Below are positions 50,171 through 63,589 of a stretch of DNA of 64,000 nucleotides, piece after piece (the stretch's first letter is position 1; every line of letters starts with the position of its first letter). The notes under the pieces are model-generated. The model was not told where the DNA came from, searched no databases, and worked only from the letters and a program-made list of their open reading frames with translations. Origin of the DNA: Chiloscyllium plagiosum (Eukaryota); NCBI RefSeq assembly GCF_004010195.1, contig NC_057750.1, positions 19,348,222 through 19,412,221 of the forward strand, in the 5' to 3' direction. The position numbers and the translations under genes were made by a program.

Positions 50171-51699
50171 AATAGCAGATTTCTTTGAGAGGAGTAGTGA
50201 GCCTGAGAGAGTGATTTTCCCCTCTGTAGTAGACAATCTCATCATCTGGACTCATTTAATCTAAATTGATCAAATCATTGTCTGTCTATTATTTTCAGTC
50301 CTTTGTTTAAATGGTTAATAGTGACAATAACACTAGAGAATTTACTGGGCCCATGGTACACTGGAAATAAATAACCAGCCCATGACTGAATCATAAACAC
50401 ATAGGTGGTTTAACATTGACTGTGTGTGCTAACTCATGTATAGATAGTGCTTTCTCTCCACAGACATGCTAGACCTGTTGAGTTTCTCCAGTTTCTGCAG
50501 TTGTTTCAGATTCTCAGCCACCCACAGTTCTTTGTTTTATTACAGAGACTGACTGCTTATCTCACTTAATGTCATAATGGAGTAACTGGTTGTGCGTGAA
50601 TGTGACAGTAGGGTCTTTCAGAAGTGAGAAATGGTTGATTGTTTGAACATTTTTGTTGCTAAGTCACTGTTACATGTTACCAAGCCAGCTCCTCTCCCCA
50701 TCACTGAGGACACAGTAATGTTACACAGTTTGGGATACCCAGTGATGCCAGGCTGGGTAACAGCAGCAAACTGATCAGGATCAGCATTCCCTGGTTTGAA
50801 GAAGGAAAGGGCAGAAATTGGTCAGGATCAGAGGTCTGGCAATTCCATTGCAAAATGCGGAGGGTATGACTGAAGCATCAGTTGCCCCCTGCCCTAGCCT
50901 GGTGGACTTGATGTCAATGTTCACTAGCTTTGCACACAGAACAGGATTGAAATTTCACAGTGTTATATACAATAGAAGGTGACTATTGTGACAGCGCCAG
51001 GTCTCTGAAAGCAAGTTTTCCAGTTAGTGACCCTCCTGCCTCTTCTTCCCTAGAGCTCTGCAAAATATTTTTGTTTCAGCTATTTATCAAATTCTGTTTC
51101 CAAGAGAAACTGTTTCCACCTGTTATCAGGCAGTGCATTTCCATAACTACTTACTTATAAACAATATTCTGCTTAAATTCATTTTTGCTGTCAAACCTTG
51201 CCCTGTAATTACTCACCATCCTTCCCCCAGCTTCCTCCTGTTCAAGTTCAAGTGGTATCTTGCGTATTGCTGAAAATTAATTGTTTGGGGGTGGCAGGGA
51301 TTAATGAGAGTTTTGAATGTTTACTTTTGGTATTGTGGTGACAGGGTGTGCTGATAAACAGCATTTCCTTACTACTTCAGTTGATCACTGAAATATTGCC
51401 CCTTGCTCTTATCGTCACCCTTTTAGTTTCTGTCTGTGTTTTAGTGTCTTGGATTCGATATTCCGTCCCGTCCCTGTGCAACAAATGATCCCATTCTCTC
51501 TGGAAGTCAGTAATCCTGTAGCTGCCATTTAATTCCTGTGTCATTACTTGAATCCTAATTGTAACACACAGTTTAAAAATAACAACAGTTTGGATTGTGC
51601 GTCATTCACTCGTTATGAATCTAAGCTTTGCTACAATTCATTCCTTTTCTCCATCTCCCACCCCCCTCACAAGTCACTGTGTCTATTTGTCTTCTCTCT

Positions 51700-51845
51700 T
51701 TCATAGTCGGACTCTCTCTCTCTCTCTCTCTCTTTCTGTTTCTCTCAGTGCTGACGTCCTGTCTGTCTGTCTTTCTCTCTCTCTCGTGTCACTCTCCTCT
51801 TTCCCTTCACTTTGTGCTCTTCTCCCCCCTTGCAATTTTTCCTTC
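51700..51845. repeat. CT-rich microsatellite
   Basis: (ct)n runs. Confidence 0.85.
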
Positions 51846-54800
51846 TACACACTTCCAACAATTATTTATTTACTTGTGGATCTGGCTGCAAATGCGAATC
51901 CTGATCCTCATGGCTCCTATTCTCAACTCCCTGCTTCACTCTTCTTCAAGGTTTTCTGAGCAGTTCAGTGGGACGATGTGAAGGTGGCATTGTACACTGA
52001 CAGTGGTCTGTAGTAACACTCCCATTTACACTCCCTCCCTCCCCCGCTCATCCATAGTCCCTGCTTGGTGAGCTATCCTTGGCTTGTTACTAGGTTATGG
52101 GCAGCCACGACTGTAACCTTCAGAGATCACAGGCGTAGGGCAGTACAGTCTGTTCTTTGTCTTACTTGGCTGTTTACAGCATTAGTTGGGAAGCCGCTGT
52201 TATTCTCTAATGTACAGCTTGTTAGCAAAGCCTTTTTTTTGCTTTCTGGCAGCTGTACTCATGCATTCCTTTGGCTCTGAGCTCTGTGAAGAGATCTATC
52301 CATCGAGTGAAAATTCCCTTCCCTTCCTCTGACAGAAATGACACTCAATACCTCTATTTTCGCAAAGGAAAATAAATAATTTTGTTGCTTTGACTATATA
52401 CCAGTAAAGTCTGAACAATGTTGAAAAACTCGCCACTCGATTCAGGCTGCAGTGAGGCCTAACTTTAAACTCCTTGCTACTCATGTCTTCCTTCCTCTGT
52501 TTACGCAACTTTTGATTTACTTTACCTTTTAGAAAAATATTTTAACTCATTACCTTGCTTTCTCCTTTTTGAAAAAGAAGACTTTCACTTGTTTCTAACT
52601 TCCTTTCTTAGCTGCTCTCCTTCACCCCTCTACCAACTCCAGCCTTTTCGACAAGCAAACTCAGCGCTTCTCTCCTAACTACTGGGACACTGCCCTTTTC
52701 ACACAACCCAGGTAAAGAACAGCGTATAAAACCAGTGCTGGAAGCTGATATAACTGACCAGAGTGTTACTGTAACCCACTCTGAGGTAAGGGCTCAAAGC
52801 AATTTAACACATGGTCGCTTGCAATTGTTTTGATCAGTGGGAGGAAATAGTTTATAAATCCTCATGGGCCCCTCGAAATAAAAGACAGGTTGTGTTAAAG
52901 TACTGAATATTTTCAAACTGTTCAACCTTTGGATGCTGAATTGTTATGACTTATAGATGCCAAATATCAGATCATTTTACTTCTGATCTCAGTGGGATTT
53001 GTCAGTTAACGCCTGTGTAACATGATTAATACCTAAGAGATGTTATGACAAGGCTGGTTTTCTCATTGTGAGCAACGCTGTCCTGGTGTAGCCTATTACT
53101 GGTAAACTCTCCATCCAGACTGTTGCTGGTCAGAGGTATTGTATGCAGGCATCCCCTGCTTTACATAATTTCGCTTTTACGAAAGATTAACACTAGTATC
53201 TGTTTTTGTGAATCCAAAGAGGCTTTTCGTTTTTACCAAAAATGGCAGCACGTTTTCCCATCTAAATCATGCACCTTTGCTTTATGCCATTTTCAGCTTC
53301 CGAAAGGTTTCCTAGGAATGCTTTCCTTTGGAACAGCGATAGCTACCTGCACATGGCTAAACCAAGTTTGCATGTCGCCATCTGTAGGTTTGCTGCCAGC
53401 ACCACCACTAAGTGTTAGAAGCTGCAGGATATGCTTGGTTTGGTATAATACGTCCTGGTCTAACTATATGAGTCTCTTGTATATAGTTTGCTGCATGCTG
53501 GGGATCAGTTCAGGCTAACATTTATATGGTAGACACTGTTAAAGAGATGGCAAATGGAACTTTCCAGGCTCCAGTTGAAAGACCAGCTTTGATATTTGCT
53601 CCATACAAGCATTTGGTAATAAAGAGATCAGATGTGGACATTGTGCTGGTTTTGAAGGAATGTCAGTGTTCTGATGGTGTGTGAGCTGCTGAATGTTACA
53701 GCTCCTGTTATGTTCTATGTGGATGAATGGATGAATAATGAATGATTTTATTGTCACATGTATCTTACAGTGAGAAAAACAATAAAATACAGTGAGAAGC
53801 TTTTCCATGTTGCCATGATCCAGTGGCATTTTGAACAGTTTAAGAATAAGAAGAAAAAAATAGAAAGATATAGCTTAAAGAGAGTGTATCAGTCCTGAGC
53901 CAGAGCATCATCAACGACATCTGCACCGCTATCCCAACCCCACTGCTTCGCCAACATCTATGCCAGACCCAGCCAATATCAAAGTCGCCACTCTTCAGGT
54001 ACCATCTTTCACCTCTGTGCTGATTCTCCACTGCCACCACCTCTCTGCCATCTGCGTCGAACCAACCTACGTCGCTTCTCTCACTGTCATGTACCCCAGT
54101 GGGCACACTACCAGATGTGTCTCCACATTGCCACTGTGGTGGCAGTACTACTACATTAGGAATAAAGTGAGAGATATTGCATTGTATCTGATGGAATGCC
54201 TTGCACCCAATCTTGTGTGTGGGAGCCCTCTACAGTGGCAACATTACAATGCCAACTCAGGATGACAGAGCCAGAGAAATGGCTGGAGAAATAAACATTT
54301 CTTTTTATTTCTCACTTCTCTTTCCCCCTCTGCCTTGCATTCCATCTTGCTCAATTCATGAAGGCGTTTGTCCTCACTGTTATTAGTCACGTCTCATAGC
54401 TACCTGTTTGTGGGTTTGAATCCCAGTGCAGAGCCTTAAGCAACAGATCCAGGCCGGCAGCTCCAGTGTGACCTCTCAAAGTCCTTTTCTAAAGTCGGAT
54501 GACTTTACTCTCACGGACCTGGACTCTGGCTGAGCAACCACAAAAAAAAGGGAAAGCTGTGGCCAAGGTGATTTTGCACCAGACCTCTGTCATCATCTAG
54601 ATCCACTGCAAAACAATGGCAGATTAAAAATGTAATTGGCTATAACTTATTTTAGAATGTGATGAAACTGTAAAAGGCCCCATGTGCATTCACATATTGC
54701 TTTCCTGAATCTCTCTCTGTCTCCCCCTGGGTTCCCAGTTCCTCCTGCATTAGCCACTATCCTCTGTGATGTGGACATATTTGGCAATTCCACCATTGAC

Positions 54801-55179
54801 ACCTTCTGGGTGAAACTGGGGTATGACAGGTGTCATCCAGCTTTACCATTCAGGATTGCTGAGGACTTTGTCCAAAAGGCAAGTGGGGATAACCCTGACA
54901 ATGCCATGCAGGCAGTGGGATGAAGTATTGGCCCAATGACAGACATTTGCATCTGGACCCTATGCATGACACAGGGGGCTCACCAGAGGAATTTTGAAGT
55001 TGAATTCCTGATTGATGCTTTTAGCTACATCTGCCAGGGCTGCCACAGCTCTTTGGGAGATTCCAGGTTTCCACTGCCTTTGTGTGAAGACATCATTCCT
55101 GAATAACCTCGCTGCATAGTTGCAGTTCTACCCTCTTAATTTGGACTTTATCGATTCTATTTAATTGGAGAAAATGTCC

Positions 55180-57900
55180 ATAGAAACCAAATATAACTGC
55201 ACCTAACCTGAGATCTTATGGCCTGTGCATTGTAGGGCCTGGAAAGAAATGGATTCATTGTTGTAATTTTCAAAAACTCCATAGACTTTTGTCCTGTCCC
55301 AGAAGACTGGAAAACCATAGATTTATAGTAAGAAAGGAGAGAGAAAAAACAGGCCTGTCAGCCATTGGGAAAATTCTAGGATCCGTTAGTGAAAGAAAAA
55401 TCATGTTTGATCAATTTATTAGAATTCTTTGAGCATGTGATAAACATGGTGGATAAGGGAGAAGTAGCAAATGTAGTTTACATGAATCTCAAAAAGCCAT
55501 TTGACATGGTGCTACATAAAATGTAACTGCACAACATAAAAAGCTGTGTCAGAGGTGATCTATTCATGTGAATCGGGCAATGAATTGGGATAAAGAGATC
55601 AGTTTCAAGCAGCCAAGCTGAACCAAGTGGAGTGTTATAGGAATCAGTGTGGGGTCCTCAACTATCTACAACTGATATAAATGACTAGGGAATGAAGGAA
55701 CCAATTGTATTGAAGCCAAATTTAGTGATGACATGACAAATCGATAAGAAACTAAATTATGAGGAGGATAGATGCATAAGATGGGTTAAGTGAATAGGTA
55801 CAAAATTGACAGATGGAGTATAAGATAGGAAAATGTGAGGCCGTCCACTTTGACAGGAAGAATGGAAAAAGAGAATATTATCTAAATGAGGGGAGATGAC
55901 AGAACACTACACAGTCTCGGTGTCTTTGCTGAAGAAACACAAAACAGTGAGACTGCAGACCCAGTAAATAATTAGGAAGACAAAAGCATTGTTGGTCTTT
56001 ATGGCAAGGTGGATGGAGTTCATAGAATTACAATGAGCTTTATTGTCACACGCACTGGGATAAGTACAGTGAAAAGTTTACAAGTCGCCATTTACAGTGC
56101 CATCTTAAGTATCATGGTACCTAGGTACAGATTCTTAAGTACAAATTCTTAAGGGAAAAATGTTAGAAAAAATAAAGAATAAAAAGTCCAGCAATAAACT
56201 AGAAAAATAAAAAAAAAAGAGTTAACAACATCAGTCCTTTCAACCCACCTCGTGACGTGAGGTCTGAGTCCACGCTGAGGTGGGGCGTCTGAGTCCATGC
56301 TGATATGGGAAGTCTGAGTCCGCGCTGAGGCCGGTAATCCGAGTCCGCGCTGAGGCGGGGAGTCCGAGTCCATGCTAAGATAGGGAGCTTGAGTTCGTGC
56401 TGACGTGAGATGTCTGAGTCCACGCTGAGGCCAGGAGTCTGAGTCCGCGCTGAGGCGCACTGAGGCAGGGATTCCGGGCCACGTTAAGGTGGGGAGTCTG
56501 AGTCCGCACTGAGGCCGAGGGTCTGAGACCGCACTGAGGCTGGGAGCCCTGCGTTTGCGCTGAGGTGGGGAGTCTGAGTCCGCACTGAGGTGGGGAGTCC
56601 CGATTCCACGCTGAGGCGGGGAGTCCGAGTCTGCGCTGAGGTGGGGAGTCCCGAGTCCGCGCTGAGGTGGGGAGTCCGAGTCTGTGCTGAGGTGGGGAGG
56701 CCAGGTTTGCGCTGAGCTTGGGGTGTCCAAATCCTCGCTGAGGTGGGAGTCCCGAATCCGTGCTGAGGCGGGGCGTCCGGGCCAGCGCTGAGGCGGGGAG
56801 TCTGAGTCCGCGCTGAGTTGGGGAGTCCTGGGTCCTCGCTGGGTTGGGGAGTCCGAGTCCTCGCTGAGGCGGGGAGTCCGAGTCCTCGCTGAGGCGGGGA
56901 GTCCAAGTCCTCGCTGGGTTGGGGAGTCCGAGTCCTCGCTGGGTTGGGGAGTCCGAGTCCTCGCTGAGGCGGGCTGTCCGAGTCCTCGCTGAGGCGGGGA
57001 GTCCGAGTCCTCGCTGAGGCGGAGAGTCCGAGTCCTCGCTGAGGCGGGGAGTCCGAGTCCTCGCTGAGGCGGGGAGTCCGAGTCCGCGCTGAGGCGGGGA
57101 GTCCGAGTCCGCGCTGAGGCGGGGAGGGGGAGTCCGAGTCCGCGCTGAGGCGGGGAGTCCGAGTCCGCGCTGAGGCGGGGAGTCCTGAGTCCTTGCTGAG
57201 GCGGGGAGGCCTGAGTCCATGCTGAGGTGGGGAGTCACAAGTTTGCACTGAGATGGGGAGTCCGTGCTGGTTTTCACCCTGGACATGGCCGATGCCACCT
57301 GAGGATGGATGGAAAAACAAAGAAAAACAAAGGCGGTAGGAAAGAGAGAAGAAAGAAGAGGAATGGACGGTCTCTAGTTCAGGAGTCCTACTCTGCCACC
57401 ATCTTGGAAGAGGAATATTAGCAAAGTCTTGGGCCAACCGGCCAGAGCATTGATGAGAACACATCTGGAGTACTGTGCAGATTGGCTAGTTTGTAAGATG
57501 CGCTGTCATTCCAAGCAGAGAAGGTTCATGAGGCTGATTGTGGGATGAGGGATTGTCATTTGAGGAAGCCTTGGGCCTCTGTTCATTAGAGTTTAGTTGC
57601 TTTACCTTATGAGGGAATCTAGAAATTAGGTTAAAATCAGGGATCTCCCAGTGAAGGTGGAGGAATTTCTTCCCTCAGGAGTCCATTAGTATTTGGAATG
57701 CACTCCTGAAGTGAGCAAGGAGACTGGGGTATTGAATACATTCAGGGCTGTATTTGACAGATTTTTGATTGCAAAAGATTCATGGAGCAGGCATGAAAGT
57801 GGAGTTAAGGCTGCATCAAATGGATTACAATCCTATCAGATTGCAGAACAGCCTTGTAGGGCTGAATGGCCTGTTCCTATTCCAATTTCTGATGTTCCTA
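55180..57900 (+). mobile_element. old CR1 LINE fragment interrupted at about 56030-57410
   Basis: RT remnants (gtcccagaagactggaaa, aaagccatttgac, gccaaatttagtgatgac) and tail gggctgaatggcctgttcct. Confidence 0.7.
56260..57270. repeat. GC-rich minisatellite, 25-bp unit (tcgctgaggcggggagtccgagtcc)
   Basis: Tandem units, most homogeneous at about 56850-57180. Confidence 0.95.
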
Positions 57901-58292
57901 TATTCTCATGTGCGTGTAATCATCTCACAGACTTCAATTAGGTCCTCCTTTAATCTTCTTGAGGGAATACAACTGGAGTTGACAGACGCTGGCATTATAA
58001 ATTAGGCAAGCTATCCATCTCAATCATTAACTGTTGGCAATGACCTTTAAAGTGGAACCAATGGTGGACATGTTCAGAGGTCAACTAGTCACTACAGAAG
58101 CCAACTAGAGAAAACTTCAAAAAGTGGGGGAAGGGAGACAGATTGGGATGAGGGAGGAGAAATGAGCTCTCGAATTCTTAAACGAACTCCGTAGGCTGAA
58201 TGGTCTCCTTCTGTGGCATAATGACTATAACATTACAATGAGTCCTGACTGAGTGTTATTGCAGGTTGAATAATGTGTGTTTCCTCTTCTAG

Positions 58293-58408
58293 TTCTGCCA
58301 GACACACCAGACAATGTGACAGTGACCTTCACAAGCTCCCGTGCTCTTGGAGTCTCATGGGATGCTGGCTTCAGTGGCTTTATTCCATTTACCTCCTGTA
58401 CTGTCCAG
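58293..58408 (+). CDS. AXL: AXL-like exon (start of first fibronectin type III domain; equivalent to exon 6)
   Basis: Acceptor ttcctcttctag and donor CAG|gtaagc; 116 nt, phase 1 to 0. Encodes (L)LPDTPDNVTVTFTSSRALGVSWDAGFSGFIPFTSCTVQ, compared with human AXL LPQQPRNL...VAWTPGLSGIYPLTHCTLQ. Confidence 0.9.
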
Positions 58409-60077
58409 GTAAGCTCTCCTATCCCTGAGTGAGCAAGTTATGGATTAAAGGCACAGCAGCTTGTGGTTAGTCTAGGCTGACACTTTGCAGTACTGAGTGA
58501 ATACTGTGTAGCAGTAAAACTGGGATGTGGTACCCTCTTTCGACTAAATGAAAAAAAAATTGTGGCAAGGTTTAGCAATGAGCAGGGGATAGTTTTTAAG
58601 CCTCAACTAATCTCGGTCAAACCGGTTAGCTGTCCATTTTCATTAATGCTCTGTGTGTGGTGTAAAGCCAGTTGAAATGGTGTGAAATGCTATATAAATG
58701 CAAATGGGACAATATGCTAGAGGGCGTATTAAATAATTACAAAGACAGTGTGTTAAATTGAAGAATGAAGCAAGAGAAATCAGGCTTTCATACAAGTTGC
58801 AGAAAATGAGAAAAATGCTAGCGATCAAGGAAAAGTTCTCTCGGAAATGGATGGGGCCGTGGGGTTTGCCTTCACTGTTTGCAGCATTTGTTTGACTTTT
58901 TTTTCTAAAGCTATTACCTCCCTGGGCTGCCATTGGGAGGCCAGGTTCCAACCGTCAGGGTTTGGAAAATGTGTAATAGCCCAGTAAAATGAGCCAAAGG
59001 CTCTCCCACGTCCTTGTGGTGAGAAGCCTGTCTGATCTGATTTCCAGTAAAGGGTCATGGTCAGTGAACTAGGCTTGTCATGGCTTCCTGGGATTTTAAT
59101 CAGCCTACCTGCCTTCTTCCTACCCTTATACAGACCAAATTCTTCCCATTTACCTCTGCCTTGCTCTTGGGTAGAATTTGTACCATGAAGTTGGGAAATT
59201 TCCTCACTCGGTTCACTCACCTTGGGGAACATTGCCCCTGAAAGGCACGTTTTGTATTCCAGAGGGGAGTGCATGTGGGATACAGTGGTGCTGGATACAG
59301 AGCAGAGGTGGCCACAGAAGTTACCAAGTGCTGAGGCCAACTTTGTCCCATTAGATTCACTAAATATTAGATCCTCTAGACATCACACCTCACGGCCCCT
59401 CATCCCTGCAACCATGCCCATGTGTGCCAACAATGCCAACACATGACACCACCTCCCCTCCAACTACTACTGTTGGCCTCTCATGCAATTCATGCCTACT
59501 CACAGCCTGCTCATTACGTGTGGTTGGCTAAGAGTTCAACAGACGATGCACTTCAGAGTGGGATTTAGACATCCTGGCTGCATCCACCATTTTGCAACAT
59601 TCATGGTGTATCCCCAATTACAAAAAAAACTGACCTCCCCCTCCATTTCTTTCTGTCTGTCTGTCTGTCTATTTTTGTCCCTCTCTCTGTCTCCTTCTCC
59701 CTCAGCTTCTTATCCTCGTTGTCTCTTTCTCTTTTGTTCATCTGCTGAAATACAAGTCCCAGGTTTTTGGTGAGTGAGAAGTTAACTTCAGTGACTAGAA
59801 ACTCTTGATACATGCCAAGCACTGAGTAATGCTTTGAACTTTTTTCCACTGGTTTGATCATCGCTTCGGACTGAATAGAAGGTTGTTTAAGACTTTGCTT
59901 GGAGCTGGTTCTGTAACAGGAGATCTGTGCTGCATCATTCCAGGTCTTTACACACTCGAGTGCTGCAGATGACTAAAGTCTGAGCCAGTCAGAGTGAAAG
60001 CAAACTGCCCCTCACTGGGCAGTTCTTCAAACATCTCACCATTAAAAAGATTTTAATTCATCAACTGAAACCTTCAT

Positions 60078-60255
60078 CGTGTGTGTGTCTGTGTGTGTGT
60101 GTGTGTCTGAGAAAGAGTGTGTGTGTGTGTATGTATGCGTGTCTGTGTGTATGTATGTGTCTGAGAGTGTGTGTGTGTGTGTCTGTATGTATGTGTGTAT
60201 ATATGAGTGTGTGTGTGACTGTATGTGTGTGTGTATGTATATATGTGTGTGTGTG
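60078..60255. repeat. (GT)n compound microsatellite
   Basis: gt and gtat repeats. Confidence 0.95.
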
Positions 60256-60639
60256 AACCTTCGTGTAGAAAGGTATACTGTTCCTACTGTTTTTTTGGGC
60301 TGTGTGCATAATCTCTCCTCAATTTACCATGTTCACAGAACAGGAGGAAGAGTGGCTGCACCCCCAGCTGAGGGTGATGGGCTGGAGGCAGGAGAGGGGC
60401 CGACATGAGGCCAGTGCTGAATTGGAGAACTTCAGCTGAGTCACAGTGAATGTGACAAGAAAGGCAGAGAGACTAAAAATGGAGCATGGGGCCCAGAGTG
60501 GCGCAAGAAGTAGGGTGAGGAGGGTGGTGGGGTGCTGCTGGTCAGATGGCAGTACATACTGCAGACATGTCAGCAATTTAAAGAAGATTGAAGAGACAGT
60601 GGTGGGATCACAAAGTTTCCTGGGACATGGGCAGTCCAG

Positions 60640-61650
60640 GCTAGGCCAAACATTTATTGCTCATCTGTAATTCCTCCTTGAGTAGGTGGTGGTGAGCTGC
60701 CTTCTTGAACTGCTGGATGTCAGGGCAACCACAATGCTTTTGTGGAGGGAATTCCAGGATTTTGACCCAGTAACACTGAAGGACGAGTAATATATTTCCA
60801 AGTCAGGATAGTGTGTGGTTTTGACGGGAACTTGCAGCTAATGGTGTTCCCACATATCTGCTTGCCTTGCCCTTCTAGATGGTAATAATTGTCGGTTTGG
60901 AAGGTGCTGTCAGAGGACGTTTAAAGTTACTACTGTGCATTTGTAGGTCAGACACACTGCTTCTATTGTGTCTCTTTGGCAGAGGGGTTGAAATTAGAGG
61001 CAGGAGCTGAGGTGAAAATCAAGTAGGGTGCTTTGTTCTAGATGATGGAAACTAGTCCATTACAATTCTGTCTTGTGCCGAGTAGATGCTGGACACACTT
61101 CAGGGAGCCAGAAGGTGAATTACTTGTTGTAGAGATCCCAGCCTCTGACCTGCTACAAGTTCACTTAAGATTCTAATCAATGGTAACTGTCAGGATGTTA
61201 ATAGTCAGGGGATTCAACAACTGCAATGTCATCGAATGTCAATGGGAGGTCACGAGATTCACTCTTGTTGGAGATGGTCATCACTTGTGTTTGGCATGCA
61301 TGTTACTTGCCACATATCAACTCAAACCTAAGTGTTGTCCAGATCTTGTGACACATTGACACTGATTTCAGTATCTGAGGTATTACAAATGGTGCTGAAC
61401 ATTGCAGAATCGTTAGTGGAAGTCCCCACTTGAGAGCTCATGTCGAGTGAAGGTCATTAATGAAGCATCTGACGATTTTTGGGCCTAGGACACTACCCTG
61501 AGGAATTCCTGCAGAGGTGCCCTGGGGCTGAGATGACTGACCTCCAACAACTGCAACCATTTTCCTATGTCCCAGATGTGACTCCCTGATTCATATTGGC
61601 TGTTAGTTTGCTCAGACTTCTCAATGCCACACTTGGTGAGAGTGGCTCCC
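60640..61650 (-). mobile_element. L2/CR1-group LINE fragment
   Basis: Reverse-complement similarity to 11130-11790, for example atggtgttcccacatatctg..ccttctagat. Confidence 0.65.
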
Positions 61651-62147
61651 CTTGAATCACGGCATGGGTCAGGAGACTGGTTAAGAGAGGAGCATAGATG
61701 GACATTTCCATTACGCAGCAGACAACCTGCTGTCACATGGCTGAATTTGGAAGTTGAATCAAGTCTCACTGAAGTTAATGGTACGAGAGATGATGAGCCT
61801 TGGCAGAAAAAATAAGCTGATGCAGAAAAATCTCCTCTGGAACAAGGAGACTTGGAACTGTGACCTTTTGTGCTGTCACAGTGTACCAAATTACTTTTAC
61901 ATCTGATGTGATACTTCTGTGGGAATCACACACTGACCAATTTACACACAGCAAGGTGCCTCAACCACCAGAGAGATGAATGACCAGACAATTTGTTACA
62001 GTTTGAGGAATAAATATTGGCCAGAACACCAGGGTGATTTCCTGAACAGTTCTTCAAAGTTGTGCTATGGGATCTTTTAAATCTTCCCTTGTTTGACATA
62101 TCATTCGAAACAAGGTATCTCTAAACTGCACTAAATCCCACTTGAGA

Positions 62148-62872
62148 CCTTAATGGTAAGGTCCTGGGGAGTGTTGCCGAACAAAGAGGCCTTGGAGTAC
62201 AGGTTCATAGTTCCTTGAAAGTGAAGTTGCAGGTAGACAGGGTGGTGAAGAAGGCTTTTGGTATGCTTTCTTTTATTGGTCAGTGCATTGAATATAGGAG
62301 TTGGGGGAGTAATGTTGCAGCTGAATAGGATCGGTTAGGCCACTTTTGGAATAATGCATGCAATTCTGGTCTCCCTGTTGTAGGAAAGTTGTTGTGAAAT
62401 TTCAGCAACGACTTAAAGGATGTTTCCAGGGTTGGAGGATTTGAGCTAAAGGGAGTGGCTGAATAGGTTGAGGGTGTTTCCCTGGAGCGTCAGAGGCTGA
62501 GGGGTGACCTTATAGAGGTTTATAAAATCATGAGGCGCATGGATAGGGTAAATAGACAGGGTCTTTTCCCCAGAAAAGGGAAGTCCAAAACTAGAGGACT
62601 TAGGTTCAGGGTGAGAGGGGAAAGATATAAAAGGGACCTAAGGGGCAACCTTTTCATGCAGAGGGTGGTACGTGTATGGAATGAGCTGCCAGAGGGAGTG
62701 ATGGCGGCTGGTACAAATATAACATTTAAAAGGCATCTGGATGGGTACAAGAATAGGAAGCATTTAGAGCAATATGAGCCAAATGCTGACAAATGGGACT
62801 AGGTTAATTTAGAATATTTGGTCAGCATTTGGATCAAAGGGTCTGTTTCTGTGCTGTATACCCCTATGACTC
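62148..62872 (+). mobile_element. CR1/HER1 LINE 3' end
   Basis: Similar to 47125-47860. Confidence 0.9.
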
Positions 62873-62874
62873 TC

Positions 62875-63092
62875 CAGGTTGTTCTGCTATAATGTGCGTT
62901 TTGCTAATGCAAATTCATTGTAACGCGATTGACGATTTGGGGACACGTTTTCTAAAGTGCTAACTTTTAACGCGTGTATTGGTTATAACATGATTTCAGC
63001 CCTACTAATTTAAATGGTGCTGCTATTACACAATTTTCTTATAAATGGGATTGCACGAGAATGGAACTACCATATTATAGCAGAACCAACTG
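62875..63092. mobile_element. MITE, pogo/Tigger-like
   Basis: Terminal inverted repeats caggttgttctgctataat / attatagcagaaccaactg, followed by TA on the right side. Confidence 0.7.
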
Positions 63093-63589
63093 TATTACTG
63101 TATGGGAGAATGTATTCAAATCCCTACAGTAAGGCCTGAATTAATGATCTTAGGGTGGTAAAGAAAACCAGGGCTTTTGCAGTGGGAACTGTTTAGGCTT
63201 AACTGACTGCAGTACAGTGTCAACCAGAACTAAGGGCCAAATATAGTCATTGCCAAAATATAGCAGCATTGGCAGTAATCCCCATAATGCAGTATTCCAG
63301 AGAGACTGATGAGTAGGTAGAATCAGTCTGTTATTCAAGGCTCTCGGCCAAACCCAATTGGCATTCACACCGCTGTAAACAATCCCAGTTAGTCTGGCAG
63401 GAACTTGGGACTCTCATTGGACAGTAAGAGTGAGAAAGAAGCTTTTGTCACAACAAAACCATGCCTGTAAATTGGATTATGATCAAATTGTAGTGATGTT
63501 GGATTAAGGAGGGACGGGTGGTGGACCTGAGCTTGTGTTGATCTTCCTTTCCACACTTCTCCCTGTTGTCAGCTAAGGCCCAATAGAGG

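Noticed and set aside
54684..54923. 79-aa ORF between AXL exons as an extra exon
   Set aside because: It has no TAM similarity, and the flanking exons already join in frame with the expected sequence.
56149..57464. Minus-strand ORFs of 193-326 aa, rich in Pro, Ser and Arg
   Set aside because: They are translations of the 25-bp minisatellite.
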